Positions 29,499 through 40,455 are shown, numbered from the stretch's first letter. The stretch: DNA of 64,000 nucleotides from Candidatus Bathyarchaeota archaeon (GCA_963707955.1 OY970176.1:1120001-1184000); one strand, 5' to 3'. Numbers and translations: made by a program. Notes: generated by a model not told the origin, from the letters alone.

Positions 29499-30319
29499 TC
29501 GAAGTGAACGACATCCACTATACGTACCCAAACGGCGTGGAAGCATTGAAAGGGGTATCTTTGAAGATTGAAATCGGCGATTTTTTGGCAATTATGGGGC
29601 AGAACGGCGCTGGCAAGACGACGCTTGTGAAGCATTTCAACGGCTTACTCAAACCAAGTCAAGGAAGTGTGCTCGTTGGCGGGGTTGACACTGCAAAAAC
29701 AAGCGTGGCTAAGCTGTCTCGAAACGTCGGATTCGTCTTCCAAAACCCAGATCATCAGCTCTTCAGTGAAACAGTGGAAGAAGAAATCGCCTTCGCACTG
29801 AGAAATTTCGGGTTTGACGAAGACATAACTGAAAAACGGATAACTTGGGCCCTTAACCTTCTAGGCCTGACCCAGTACAGAAAAACCTCACCCTTCATGC
29901 TCAGCGGCGGAGAAAGAAAACGTGTGGCCTTGGCCTCAGTGTTAGCCTGGGACCCTGAAACGCTGATACTAGACGAGCCAACGATAGGGCAGGATTATGA
30001 GCAGAAGGAGAAACTGAGACAGTTCATCCTGCAAATGAAAACTCAGAGGAAAACAACGATCATCGTTACGCATGATGTCGAGTTTGTGGCTGAATGCAAC
30101 CCAAGAGTCGTGCTCATGCTGGACGGAAAAATCATCGCTGACGGAGAGGCTGGAAAAATCCTGACCGATGCACAAACCTTGGAACGAGCATCAATCGTGC
30201 CGCCGCAAATAGCTCAAATTTTCTTGGACCTGCCTGGTCTAGACCTTCCGAAGAACGTGATCGACGTTTACGAGGCGCAGAGAATCCTCCTTCAGATTCT
30301 GGAGAAACGCTCAACATGA
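29495..30319 (+). CDS. ecfA2: ECF transporter ATPase A2
   Basis: GQNGAGKT, FQNPDHQLF, LSGGERKR. Confidence 0.92.
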   Translation: MIEVNDIHYTYPNGVEALKGVSLKIEIGDFLAIMGQNGAGKTTLVKHFNGLLKPSQGSVLVGGVDTAKTSVAKLSRNVGFVFQNPDHQLFSETVEEEIAFALRNFGFDEDITEKRITWALNLLGLTQYRKTSPFMLSGGERKRVALASVLAWDPETLILDEPTIGQDYEQKEKLRQFILQMKTQRKTTIIVTHDVEFVAECNPRVVLMLDGKIIADGEAGKILTDAQTLERASIVPPQIAQIFLDLPGLDLPKNVIDVYEAQRILLQILEKRST

Positions 30320-31143
30320 GCGTTTTCACCGGACTCAAGTTTCGAAAAATCTACTCACCCATCCACAACCTAGACCCGAGAATAAAGTTTCTCTACGTTT
30401 GCGCAATCTTCGTCGCCGCGATCATCTTTTGGGAACTGCTACCTCTAATCGTGCTCTTCCTGATCCAGGTCCCATTCGTAATTATTGCAGGCGTCAGACG
30501 CGAGTGGGTGCGCTCAATGCGCGGAGCGGCCTTCTTGGCCATCGTGATTTTCCTCACAAACTTCATCTTCTCATTCATCGGAGCCGGCTACACGGTCACA
30601 CCTAAGAACGCTGAAGGGGCCATAGCCCTGACTCTCCGCTTCATAGTACTTGTTGAGTCATTCTCAGTCTTCTTCCTTACGACCTCGCCTGACCACTTGG
30701 GTCTAGCGTTGGAACAGACACACGTGCCTTACGAGTTCGTCTTCGCCTTCACAACCGCAGTGCGCTTTGTCCCTGTGCTGGCTGAGGAGGCACAGACAAT
30801 AATGGACGCCCAAAAAGCAAGAGGATTGGAGCTTGAACGCGGAAACTTTCTAAAAAGGATCAGAAACTACATTCCGATCCTTATACCGCTGATCGTAAGC
30901 GCGATCCGAAGAAGCTTGGAATTAGCCGAAGCCATGGAATCCCGCGCTTGGGGAGCCACAAAAAACCGCACCAACCTTTACGTGCTCAGAATGCACAGGG
31001 GCGATTTCATCCTCATAATCCTAACGATCGTAATTTTAGTGACAGCAGTCTACGTTCGCTTATTCGTAGGAATTCCGTCAGTATACGACCTCCTAAGAAG
31101 AACTCTCGGAGACACAAAGTTTTCAATCTTGACTCTTGCGTGA
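30316..31143 (+). CDS. ecfT: ECF transporter transmembrane component T
   Basis: LDPRIK, AQKARG, AMESRAW motifs. Confidence 0.93.
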   Translation: MSVFTGLKFRKIYSPIHNLDPRIKFLYVCAIFVAAIIFWELLPLIVLFLIQVPFVIIAGVRREWVRSMRGAAFLAIVIFLTNFIFSFIGAGYTVTPKNAEGAIALTLRFIVLVESFSVFFLTTSPDHLGLALEQTHVPYEFVFAFTTAVRFVPVLAEEAQTIMDAQKARGLELERGNFLKRIRNYIPILIPLIVSAIRRSLELAEAMESRAWGATKNRTNLYVLRMHRGDFILIILTIVILVTAVYVRLFVGIPSVYDLLRRTLGDTKFSILTLA

Positions 31144-31290
31144 AGGGCGTTTCGATTAACGAACCAGTCGAAACGGTCAGCAGCAGAGGAGAGAGCGCCG
31201 TCGGCTTAGACGAATTCAGGAAGACCTGAAGCGCAGACACACGACAACAGAACAAAAACTCGAAACGACGCTTTAAAGCACAGCAAGCTT

Positions 31291-31614
31291 TTATTCTTTT
31301 GCGGTCCTTTTCCCATAATTCTCTCTGACTTTCTCTGCAAGCTTGCCACTTCTGACAATGAAAGCTCCACGATATCCACAGTTCTTGCATTCCCAGATGG
31401 ACCAAAGATGCGGCAGGCCAGAAGCCCAGAAGAGGTTAGTTGAACCACACTGTGGACAAAACAACATGCCTCGCTTGTAACCAGTCCGTTTTGGCTTGAT
31501 CTCTTGTCCATCGTCATGGGCACAGTTGAACCTCTTTCTCTGCCTTCTGAGCAATCTTCGCTTTGGCAGCTTTGGTCTTCGCACACGCTCGGCGTCTTTT
31601 GTGACCCCGCTCAT
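31291..31614 (-). CDS. Small zinc-ribbon protein (start uncertain)
   Basis: FCPQCGS...WECKNCGY. Confidence 0.7.
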   Translation of the reverse strand: MSGVTKDAERVRRPKLPKRRLLRRQRKRFNCAHDDGQEIKPKRTGYKRGMLFCPQCGSTNLFWASGLPHLWSIWECKNCGYRGAFIVRSGKLAEKVRENYGKRTAKE

Positions 31615-31672
31615 CCGAGGCCCAAAAACAACACTTGAGCTTTGCTTCTATTAAGGTTGACCCGCGTTAAGT

Positions 31673-33331
31673 GTGGTAAGGATTGGGCGTGCATATAACT
31701 TATTAAGACTCACTACACAATATATATTCAACACCACTATAGACTGTAAACCCGAAAGGGCAGTGAAAACTACGACAGAACAGGCAAAGCTTTCAAACAG
31801 TCGAGAGGAAGCGTCGGCAGGCGTCATCATAGAGGGCCAAACAAAGAAGCTAGCTCTCTTTAGAGAGGCCTATCCGATACAAGAACCATACGTGTACGCG
31901 GCAATTATCAAAGACCCAGAGACCCAGAAAGTACGCTACGAAATCATAGAACCAACACTTCAAGAAGAAGAAGAGAAACAACTGAAAGAGCTAAAGAGCT
32001 TATTGATGCAGGAAGTTGACGTAAACTCGAATGAAATAGAAACTAAAGAGAAAGCAGAAGATTACCTTAAAGAAAGGACGAAGGAAATAGTAAAGAAGTA
32101 CAGAATAAAGATCGTGCCAGAAGCGGTCGACAAGCTGGTTTACTACGTTGTAAGGGACTTCATAGGCTACGGAAGAATTGACCCTTTAATGAAGGACCAT
32201 CTCATTGAAGACATATCAGCGGACGGCGTGAACATACCGATCTATGTCTGGCACAGAATGTATGAATCAATACCGACAAACATCATATTCAAAGAAGAAT
32301 CAGAACTAGACTCATTCATAGTTCGTATGGCATACCTATCTGGAAAAAACGTTTCCATAGCATCACCAATGCTAGACGCTTCGCTTCCAGACGGCAGCCG
32401 AATTCAGCTAACGTATGGGAAAGAGGTCACAAGAAGAGGGTCAACGTTCACTATTCGACGCTTCAGGGTAGACCCGTTAACAATCTCAGACCTAATCGCG
32501 TTCAACACTATTTCTTCGGAAATGGCCGCATACCTGTGGTACATAATAGAAAACAGAGCCTCAGTGCTCGTGGCTGGCGGTGTGGCCTCCGGAAAAACAA
32601 CCATGCTCAATTGCCTATCAATGTTCATAAAACCTGAAATGAAAGTAGTGAGTGTGGAAGACACGCAAGAACTCAATCTCCCACACGAAAACTGGATACC
32701 ATCAGTTGTAAGGTTAGGCTTTGGACATGAAGATAAGAGAAGCGGCACGATAACCCTGTTCGATCTCCTGAAAACTGCTGTTAGACAGAGACCCGACTAC
32801 ATCATCGTGGGCGAGGTTCGCGGAGACGAGGCATACACCCTTTTTCAAGCGATGGCAACAGGACACCTAGGAATGTCTACCATACATGCAGAATCGGTTG
32901 AAGCTACCATAAACCGGCTTGAATCCGAACCGATGAACATTCCGAAACCGCTTATCGCAATGACAAGCGTCATCATGGTCATGACCAGAACAGAGATTGA
33001 CGGAAGACCAGCAAGAAGAGCTGGCGCAACCGCAGAAATCGTTGAACTGAACCCTGAGAAAAGCAATATTTCAACGAAAGAGGTGTTCAGTTGGAATCCC
33101 AAGTTTGACAAGTTCTCATCTCTCGGCAACAGCGTCCTTCTAGAGAGACACATGAACAAGTTGGGCATCAATCAAGAAGATGTTAAGCGCGAGCTGAAAC
33201 GAAGACAGATGGTTCTGGAATGGGCGACTCGCGAAGGCATTCGACGATACACAGACGTTGCAAACATAATCAGAGAGTATTACGCTAATCCGGAGAGGGT
33301 TTTCCAAAAAGCCAGAGTTGGCCTCAAATGA
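31673..33331 (+). CDS. Type IV pilus/secretion ATPase (VirB11/ArlI family); true start probably slightly downstream
   Basis: GGVASGKTT, VEDTQEL, RQRPDYIIVGEVRG, TGH...TIHA. Confidence 0.95.
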   Translation: MVRIGRAYNLLRLTTQYIFNTTIDCKPERAVKTTTEQAKLSNSREEASAGVIIEGQTKKLALFREAYPIQEPYVYAAIIKDPETQKVRYEIIEPTLQEEEEKQLKELKSLLMQEVDVNSNEIETKEKAEDYLKERTKEIVKKYRIKIVPEAVDKLVYYVVRDFIGYGRIDPLMKDHLIEDISADGVNIPIYVWHRMYESIPTNIIFKEESELDSFIVRMAYLSGKNVSIASPMLDASLPDGSRIQLTYGKEVTRRGSTFTIRRFRVDPLTISDLIAFNTISSEMAAYLWYIIENRASVLVAGGVASGKTTMLNCLSMFIKPEMKVVSVEDTQELNLPHENWIPSVVRLGFGHEDKRSGTITLFDLLKTAVRQRPDYIIVGEVRGDEAYTLFQAMATGHLGMSTIHAESVEATINRLESEPMNIPKPLIAMTSVIMVMTRTEIDGRPARRAGATAEIVELNPEKSNISTKEVFSWNPKFDKFSSLGNSVLLERHMNKLGINQEDVKRELKRRQMVLEWATREGIRRYTDVANIIREYYANPERVFQKARVGLK

Positions 33332-34338
33332 AAACGGCACACACTCTTTTAGAAAGAATCAAAACAGTTTTCAACAGGCTCAAAGCAAGATTAAGACCTT
33401 CCGCTTTCAAGGTGCCCAGTAACACATCCGATGCCCCGCAAGCAAAGGTCAAGCTGACCTTCGGCAGCCTCCAAAGGATAGCCTACGAACTCTTCGGAGA
33501 AAAGACAGGACGTATCTTGCCGCTTTTCAAGGATCTCGACACAAACCTGCAAAGATCAGGGCTAAAGGTCAACTTCAAAGCTTACGTCACCCTAACAATG
33601 TTTTGCACAATCTCGCTCTCTCTTGCAATCCTGACCGCTGTTCCATGCCTACTCTTCTTTCTATTCAACGTGAGCCTCATACCAGCCATTTTGTTCGGAC
33701 TAGGTGGCGGCCTTCTAGCAATTGCCTCCACAACCATAGGATTCTACGTTTACCCCATTTATCGTGCAGACGCTACAAAAAGACAGTTAGAAGACGAGCT
33801 ACCATTCACAACGGGGTACATGGCGATCCTCACAAGTGCAGGCGTTTCTCCTGAGAACATTTTCAGCTCCCTCGCAAATCTTCCCGTTGCTCTAGCCATC
33901 TCCACGCAGGCCAAAGATGTTGTAAGAGACGTAAACCTATTTGGTTGCGACATAATCTCTGCCCTCGAAGACGCCTCGAAACGAACACCTTCCGCAAGAT
34001 TCCGCGAGATGATTGAAGGATTTATCTCGATGATTCACTCTGGCGGCAATTTATCAAGTTACCTGCGCGAAAAATCCGCGCAGTACATGAAGCTGAAAAG
34101 GATAGGTCTCAAGAAATATGCGGACACCTTGTCAATGTTGTCAGAGTTTTACGTAGCCGTTCTTCTCACAGGCCCTCTGATGCTAGTCATCATGTTGACA
34201 GTAATGGCCATGCTTGGTAATAGCAGCCTTGGATTTCTGAGCCCAGACCTCCTGCTGAGCCTGCTCACGTACGTAGGAATACCGTTAGGCTCTGTAGTAT
34301 TCCTAATTATCCTTGATGCAACATCGCCGAAATGGTAG
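33328..34338 (+). CDS. Pilus assembly membrane platform protein (TadC/ArlJ-like)
   Basis: T2SSF-type pattern ELPF..YMAIL.SAG, multiple TMs, follows the ATPase. Confidence 0.88.
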   Translation: MKTAHTLLERIKTVFNRLKARLRPSAFKVPSNTSDAPQAKVKLTFGSLQRIAYELFGEKTGRILPLFKDLDTNLQRSGLKVNFKAYVTLTMFCTISLSLAILTAVPCLLFFLFNVSLIPAILFGLGGGLLAIASTTIGFYVYPIYRADATKRQLEDELPFTTGYMAILTSAGVSPENIFSSLANLPVALAISTQAKDVVRDVNLFGCDIISALEDASKRTPSARFREMIEGFISMIHSGGNLSSYLREKSAQYMKLKRIGLKKYADTLSMLSEFYVAVLLTGPLMLVIMLTVMAMLGNSSLGFLSPDLLLSLLTYVGIPLGSVVFLIILDATSPKW

Positions 34339-35159
34339 TGAAAATGCCAAAAATAGAGACAAAGGTCAAGCAAATCACATGGATCATCTCAGCTGCGCTA
34401 GCCATAGCCATATTTGCATTCGACGTTTTCGTATTCTGGGGAACCGCAACATTCGACGAGTTGGTGTTCTCCGCGATCACTGCGGGCATCTCTCCTCCCG
34501 CAATCCTGACCTACATTGATTACAGGTGGAGAAAGGCCATAGATGAACACTTGCCAGACCTGTTCAGAACAATAGTTCAAGCGCAAGAAACAGGCATGAC
34601 ACTTCCTCAAGCCTTAGAGGAAGCTGCAAAAAGAGACTATGGACCCCTCACTGCAGAGTTGAGAAAAATGACCGCGCAAATCTCGTGGGGAATGAGTTTT
34701 GAAGATGCTCTTGTGGCCCTGGGAAAACGCGTCAGCACGGTACTAGTGCAAAGAACAGTGCCCATGATAATCGAAGCAAGCCGTTCTGGAGGACACGTTG
34801 AAAAAGTCCTTGAACCGATGGGAAAATTCATACAGACAACACTTCTACTCGACAAGGAGCGCAAGACTCAAGCAAGACCCTACATAGCAATAGTCTACGT
34901 GGCTTTCTTCGTTTTCATCTTCACAATACTGCTACTCTTTAGGTCGTTCTTCGTAAGCATAGAACAGTTGCCAACGCTGGGAACAGCGCTTATGTCACCT
35001 GAAGATATGAAGCGCATGTTCTTGAACATGACATTAGTGCAAGCCTTTTTCGGAGGACTTGTAGCTGGAAAAATGGGCGAAGGGACAATCAACGCTGGGT
35101 TGAAACATTGCTTAATACTGATGATCTGTGGTTACCTGGCCTTGAAACTCTTCTTGTAG
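34332..35159 (+). CDS. Pilus assembly membrane platform protein (TadC/ArlJ-like)
   Basis: LPDLFR, YGPLT.EL, GLVAGKMGEG...GLKH. Confidence 0.88.
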   Translation: MVVKMPKIETKVKQITWIISAALAIAIFAFDVFVFWGTATFDELVFSAITAGISPPAILTYIDYRWRKAIDEHLPDLFRTIVQAQETGMTLPQALEEAAKRDYGPLTAELRKMTAQISWGMSFEDALVALGKRVSTVLVQRTVPMIIEASRSGGHVEKVLEPMGKFIQTTLLLDKERKTQARPYIAIVYVAFFVFIFTILLLFRSFFVSIEQLPTLGTALMSPEDMKRMFLNMTLVQAFFGGLVAGKMGEGTINAGLKHCLILMICGYLALKLFL

Positions 35160-35169
35160 AGGTAAGAAA

Positions 35170-35586
35170 ATGCAGACATTGTTTAAGATCTTCAGCGATA
35201 AACGAGGTATAACTCCTGTTCTGAGCAGTCTCTTGCTCACAGTCGTCGCTGTTGCTGCAATGGCGATTGCTACGTCAGCAACTTATGTCATAACGACTAA
35301 TCTGCGTGAGACCATGAGTGAACGCGTAATCGTGGAAGATGTGTGGTTCAACAATTACACCAATAGCATTGACATTTACGTTCGGAATGTTGGAGAGGTT
35401 ACAGTATACATTCTTGCAGTCTATGTCAATCACACCTCTCAATCTTTCACCAACCCTTTCACGCTGGAAATCGGTGAACACCAGTGGCTGAACATTTCTC
35501 AAAATTGGGTTCCAAATAGCTCTTACTACATTGATGTTTTGACCACAAGGGGGACGCATGTTGCTGCTTACTATGAAGCGCCTTAG
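35170..35586 (+). CDS. Archaeal type IV pilin
   Basis: Class III signal peptide DKRG|ITPVLSSLLL; YVRNVG; TTRG. Confidence 0.88.
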   Translation: MQTLFKIFSDKRGITPVLSSLLLTVVAVAAMAIATSATYVITTNLRETMSERVIVEDVWFNNYTNSIDIYVRNVGEVTVYILAVYVNHTSQSFTNPFTLEIGEHQWLNISQNWVPNSSYYIDVLTTRGTHVAAYYEAP

Positions 35587-35986
35587 ACTGGACAAGCGTG
35601 GAATAAGCAACGTGATAGTCGTCATGCTAAGCCTGGTTCTAGTCGTGATCATTGTTTCTAACGTGATCTTGACGAGTTACCAGATGAATCAATTCGACTG
35701 GGAAAGAATGCAAGAAAATGTTGAAATCGTTAACGTAGCCAACACAGTTGATGGAACAACATTTACATTGCAGAACAAGGGCTCCGTGACTGCTCATCTG
35801 GTTTCTCTGTGGGTAGATAGCACGGCAATCCATCAGAGATATGACATGAACTTATACATCAACGCTGGAGATTCAGTCAATTACACTCTCAGCGATATGG
35901 GCTTAGTCGATAACGCGTCCATTGTTAAGGTCATTACTGAAAGAGGAACCGTTTCAGTGTTCAACTCTTCTTGGCAAAACCCCTAG
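35573..35986 (+). CDS. Archaeal type IV pilin
   Basis: Class III signal peptide DKRG|ISNVIVVML; NKG; VITERG. Confidence 0.85.
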   Translation: MKRLRLDKRGISNVIVVMLSLVLVVIIVSNVILTSYQMNQFDWERMQENVEIVNVANTVDGTTFTLQNKGSVTAHLVSLWVDSTAIHQRYDMNLYINAGDSVNYTLSDMGLVDNASIVKVITERGTVSVFNSSWQNP

Positions 35987-36002
35987 TTTCAGCTTGACCT
36001 TT

Positions 36003-36989
36003 CTATTTCTTGGTATGCAGCTCTTCTTTGAGAATCTTCGTTGCGTCTTTCTGGTCCTTCACTTCAATCAGATGAATCTTGTATAATTCCGCCATTCTTC
36101 TTCCGTTGTCGTTTATTTTCGGAATTGCGATGAGGTATGCATCCTCTGGCGAAACGTCAAACATCTTGGCAAACAATGCGATGACAGGCTGTTCCGTCAC
36201 GCCAGTATCGGTTGAAGTTGCCAAATCAATGACTGTCACTTTCTCTGCAGCGTCTCCCTTACGAGCCACTATGTCGAACATGTGATTAGCCCCGGATTTG
36301 CCTTTCAGAAAGGCGGGGCCTTCAACTTGAAACCCATTTTCTGCAAGAAACTCTTTTATCGGCGCAATCAGAACCCAGCCCAAAGCAGCTTCTTCTTTAG
36401 CTTCTTTCTTCAGCTTGAACACATACGCATCTTTGACCTTCACATCTTCATAAGTGAAGTTCCCATGGCAGTCCCGGCAAAAAAGTGCGGCGACTGGGAT
36501 GTCAAAACTCTTGCCGCAGTCCTTGCAAGTGCACCATATTCCAGCTCTTCTGTAATCAGCATCGGGTTTTCTCAGTTCATCTTTGCATTTTGGACAGATG
36601 AGCTTGTCATCTTTGTGAAAGTTTTCCTCGACATCCATGTATCCACACTTAACGTGCTCGATCAGGGAACTTTTCCGTATGTCGAAAGATTTGCAGTAAG
36701 GACAACAATAATGGATGGAAATACTTGCTGAATCGCATTTTGGGCAGAAGATAACTTTGTCAAAGAGTATTCTTTCAAGTATTCCACCTTCGTAAAGCTT
36801 CTTGAGAAATGACTCAGCGCTTGACGCGTCTCCAACAATTGCCTCAATCGTCGGGTATCGATATCTTAGCTTAGAATCACAGACCGGTTCAAGTTCGCTT
36901 ATCTCACCGTTCAAGAACTTGTTCAGTAGGACTTGCGTATTTCGATCCTTGTAGAGTTCCATCCTTTCTGCTTTACCAGACGTGTGCAA
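36003..36989 (-). CDS. TackOD1-like multi-zinc-ribbon protein with C-terminal restriction-endonuclease-like domain
   Basis: Seven CxxC/HxxC pairs (CPKC, CPYC, HVKC, CPKC, CKDC, CRDC and related) followed by GKSGANHMFDIVA. Confidence 0.7.
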   Translation of the reverse strand: MHTSGKAERMELYKDRNTQVLLNKFLNGEISELEPVCDSKLRYRYPTIEAIVGDASSAESFLKKLYEGGILERILFDKVIFCPKCDSASISIHYCCPYCKSFDIRKSSLIEHVKCGYMDVEENFHKDDKLICPKCKDELRKPDADYRRAGIWCTCKDCGKSFDIPVAALFCRDCHGNFTYEDVKVKDAYVFKLKKEAKEEAALGWVLIAPIKEFLAENGFQVEGPAFLKGKSGANHMFDIVARKGDAAEKVTVIDLATSTDTGVTEQPVIALFAKMFDVSPEDAYLIAIPKINDNGRRMAELYKIHLIEVKDQKDATKILKEELHTKK

Positions 36990-37336
36990 TCCACTCCAAG
37001 TTAACCAAGACGCTTAGTTCCTTTCACAGTTTATTTCTAATTCCACTCGTTTAAACATATCCAGAAAAGCTTTTAAAATTTGTTTGATCGGTTGACGTGG
37101 ATAAAGTGATTGGAGTGAGCGGTGGTCCCAGACGAATGATTTCGCTGTCCAAGATGCGGTTTCGCATTTGACATAACCTACGGTAGAGCTTTCGCCTGCT
37201 CAGGCTGCTCTTCTTCAGTGCACTGCGCAGGGGCAAAATGCCCGAGGTGTGGACGCGAATTTCCTTTGACCGAAACCTAAGATTGTGACGTCATCTCTTC
37301 CACATTCACGGCGGGCTGTCACAGTCACATTTTTTA

Positions 37337-38266
37337 ATGAGAATCTTCTTAATTGAACCAAAATGCTGCCAAGAACATGCGGTGAAAAATTTGCAAACGC
37401 AGTCTGAACAAAAGCCGCGAGTGATCCGCTGGACCACACTGAAAGGATTGACTACAGTGATCCTGTTTCTCGCAGTGGCAGCATTAATCGAGTTTCTTGT
37501 CATTCTCTACGCTATGCGATTGGGCGTCGAGGACACGTCAGTCTTGCAATGGAGTTTCAACTTTCCAGGGACAGGTTGGCCAGTGACGATTGCGATAAGC
37601 CTAGCGTTCCTCTTGGTCCCCATTTGCGTCATAATCACGCTTGCACTCAGCTGGATGTACCTCACTAAAAAAGTATCATTGAGGCGGCAAGAAATACGAA
37701 GAGGAAAGGTGGAAACCTTCCCAAGGAAGAGGGTTGAAAAGAGGGGACTGGTATCAAGAATAAGTCGCGCCGCAAGGAACTATGCGAGGAGGATAAAGTC
37801 AAGGTTGCCGAAAACCAAGAGGTTTTCTGATCTTTCCCAAAGAATACACTTTCCAAGACCCACAATCAGAAGCGCCTTTATTGTATTGCTGGCTTTTGTA
37901 GCTTTCACCTTGCTTTTCTCTCTTGTGGCCTACCCGCAGGCAATCTTTAGGTTTGTGTCGAACGCTTATCAGACCGACCCCTCGCTGCGCCACTTTGTCA
38001 TCTCAGTGGGCAACTGGGCGAAGGGAGTGGCCCAAGCTTTGGGGCCCATAGGCTGGCTCAGCACTTCTATAAACAACGCCCTGATTGCTGCTGCACCAGG
38101 GGTCAGAAATGTTGGAGTTGGTCTTGGGGGCTTGATCAGTCCAATAGCAACCCTAGGCAATATTGACAAGTTCTTGCTTTTCCAAAACGCTGCAGCCTGG
38201 ATTTCTGTGCTATTAGTCATGATTTACGGAGAGCGAACCGGGAAAGGCTACCGGTACAAGAAATAG
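37337..38266 (+). CDS. Hypothetical polytopic membrane protein with basic cytoplasmic loop
   Basis: Four or more hydrophobic segments and an R/K-rich loop; start uncertain. Confidence 0.7.
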   Translation: MRIFLIEPKCCQEHAVKNLQTQSEQKPRVIRWTTLKGLTTVILFLAVAALIEFLVILYAMRLGVEDTSVLQWSFNFPGTGWPVTIAISLAFLLVPICVIITLALSWMYLTKKVSLRRQEIRRGKVETFPRKRVEKRGLVSRISRAARNYARRIKSRLPKTKRFSDLSQRIHFPRPTIRSAFIVLLAFVAFTLLFSLVAYPQAIFRFVSNAYQTDPSLRHFVISVGNWAKGVAQALGPIGWLSTSINNALIAAAPGVRNVGVGLGGLISPIATLGNIDKFLLFQNAAAWISVLLVMIYGERTGKGYRYKK

Positions 38267-38285
38267 CCAGATTCACGGGATTTCT

Positions 38286-39152
38286 ATGGATCGACGCCCC
38301 AGGTTCGGTCCAGCTGGGGTTCCCCCATTGTTCAAGTTTATGAAGGCTACTTTGTCGGACATTCCGAGACTTCTACGCGAAGAGGGACTTGACGCTTTCG
38401 AGTATGAAGCCGTTCAATGGGGAAAGAAGCCCCAAATGAGGAAAGAAGAGGCTCAGAAACTAGAGCTGGAAGCTAAGCGAAACGATGTTTGGCTCAGTCT
38501 CCACGGTTCTTACTTCATCAACTTCTGCGGCGAAAGAGCAATCGTTGAAGCAAGCAAACAACGCTTGATAGCGTGTGCAACGGCCGCTGAATGGATGAGT
38601 GCTCATGTTGTGGTTTTCCATCCCGGTGTCTACGGCAAGAAATCACCTATGGAAGCTCTCAAAACGTGCTCAGAAGCCTTGGAAGACGTTGTTGAAAATA
38701 TGCGGAGCTTGGGGATTAGGAACGTTAGAATAGGACCAGAAACGATGGGCAGGACTTATCAGCTGGGAAGCCTCGACGAAACCTTGAATCTGTGCGAGAC
38801 GGTTGAACGCACGCAGCTGGTTGTTGATTGGTCCCATCTTCACGCAAGAGACAGAGGGCGTTTCAGAACCGCCGAGGATTTCCGCAAGGTTGCGGGGCGC
38901 ATTGAGAACCAACTTGGAACTGACGCTCTCAAGAACTTGCACTGTCACTTCACAAAGATCGAGTTCACTGACAAGGGTGAAAGACGCCATCACACGCTGC
39001 AGGAAGCACTTTATGGACCAGACTTCCGATTGCTTGCAAGGGTCATCATTGAATTCGAGTTGAAACCAGTCATCATAAGCGAAAGTCCAATCCTGGATCT
39101 GGACGCAATGAAGATGCGTGACATACTTCAAGAAGAGTTGGACAAGAGTTAA
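38286..39152 (+). CDS. nfo: Endonuclease IV / AP endonuclease family TIM barrel
   Basis: LHGSYFIN, FHPG, PETMG, DWSHLHAR, HCHF, GERRH, ESP. Confidence 0.9.
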   Translation: MDRRPRFGPAGVPPLFKFMKATLSDIPRLLREEGLDAFEYEAVQWGKKPQMRKEEAQKLELEAKRNDVWLSLHGSYFINFCGERAIVEASKQRLIACATAAEWMSAHVVVFHPGVYGKKSPMEALKTCSEALEDVVENMRSLGIRNVRIGPETMGRTYQLGSLDETLNLCETVERTQLVVDWSHLHARDRGRFRTAEDFRKVAGRIENQLGTDALKNLHCHFTKIEFTDKGERRHHTLQEALYGPDFRLLARVIIEFELKPVIISESPILDLDAMKMRDILQEELDKS

Positions 39153-40455
39153 GAAAGTGCGATACGTTTTTTACGCTGGCCTGTGGTGCTGTTCAAGGGG
39201 ACATGTTTTGGTTCGATTGAGAGGATTTCAGAAACTAGTCTCAGTAGAAACCGCGTTGCAAACGTTTCTCGGAACGTTGCGGATCAAACCGAAAGAAACG
39301 TCTAGTCCCTTGCACTTAGCTCTAAATCGTGTCCTAGCCGAACAAATAATCGCAAGGACGGATTTGCCGAGGACTAACAGGTCAGCAGTTGATGGATACG
39401 CTGTAAACGCCGACAGCACTGCACAAGCAACACAGCAAAGACCAGAAACTCTCAAGATCGTCTGCAAGGACGTGATAAACGAGAACCAAGCAAAGCAGGT
39501 GTGGACTGGCAACTCGGTAGCCAGTCGCGCAAACGCCGTCGTGATGCTGGAAAATGTTAAACTGGATGGAGACAAGATCGCTGTGTTGAGCCCTGTTACT
39601 CGATGGGAAAACGTTTCGAAAAAGGGTGAAGACGTGCGAAAAGGGCAGGTCGTTGCCGAAGCAGGAACTCGTTTGAAGCCTCAGCATCTGGGACTGATAG
39701 CTGCTTTCGGCGATGCCGAAGTAAAGGTCTTCCGAAGGCCCAGGATCGCCATTTTGGCAACTGGAAATGAGCTCGCTGAGTTGGGTGGTAAACTGCGAAG
39801 AGAACAGGTATTTGACACCAACAGAACTGTTCTATGTGCATTATGCAGTGAGCTAGGAGCACAGACTCTAGATTTGGGCATTGCAAGGGATGATGTGGAC
39901 GAAATCTCGGAAAAGCTGAGGCTAGGCCTTATGAAAGCTGATGGTGTAATTAGTTCTGGCGGAACTAGTGTCGGGGGGCTAGATCTCGTTCCAGAAACTG
40001 TCAACAAGGTTGGAAAGCCAGGCGTCATTGTTCATGGCGTAGCAATGCGTCCAGGCATGCCAACGGCGCTGGCAGTCGTGAAAGACAAGCCCATCATCGT
40101 ACTCCCAGGCAACCCTGTTGCTGCTATGCTGAGCTTTGAGGTTTTTGGCAGACCGTTAGTGAGCAGGATGCTTGGGCTTAAACGGGCAGAGGCGAGACCC
40201 ATGTTGAGGGCAAGAATGACTAGGAGAATCGCCATCACTCTAGGAAGGAAGAATTTCGTTCGTGTCCGCGTTCTTCAAAAGGATGATGATTTCTTCGCTG
40301 AACCTATCAGCGCTCGCGGTTCAAGTCTGATTTCCACTATGACAAGAGCTAACGGTTATGTGGTCGTGCCAGAAAACGTAGAAGGCTTAGAAGAAGGAGA
40401 CATTGTCTCGGTGCACATGTTTGACGATTTAGAGGCCATTAGAGATTATGTTTAG
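39118..40455 (+). CDS. moeA: Molybdopterin molybdotransferase MoeA (start probably TTG at 39208)
   Basis: RSAVDGYAV, TGNEL, SGGTSVG, RPGMP, LPGNP. Confidence 0.93.
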   Translation: MTYFKKSWTRVKKVRYVFYAGLWCCSRGHVLVRLRGFQKLVSVETALQTFLGTLRIKPKETSSPLHLALNRVLAEQIIARTDLPRTNRSAVDGYAVNADSTAQATQQRPETLKIVCKDVINENQAKQVWTGNSVASRANAVVMLENVKLDGDKIAVLSPVTRWENVSKKGEDVRKGQVVAEAGTRLKPQHLGLIAAFGDAEVKVFRRPRIAILATGNELAELGGKLRREQVFDTNRTVLCALCSELGAQTLDLGIARDDVDEISEKLRLGLMKADGVISSGGTSVGGLDLVPETVNKVGKPGVIVHGVAMRPGMPTALAVVKDKPIIVLPGNPVAAMLSFEVFGRPLVSRMLGLKRAEARPMLRARMTRRIAITLGRKNFVRVRVLQKDDDFFAEPISARGSSLISTMTRANGYVVVPENVEGLEEGDIVSVHMFDDLEAIRDYV

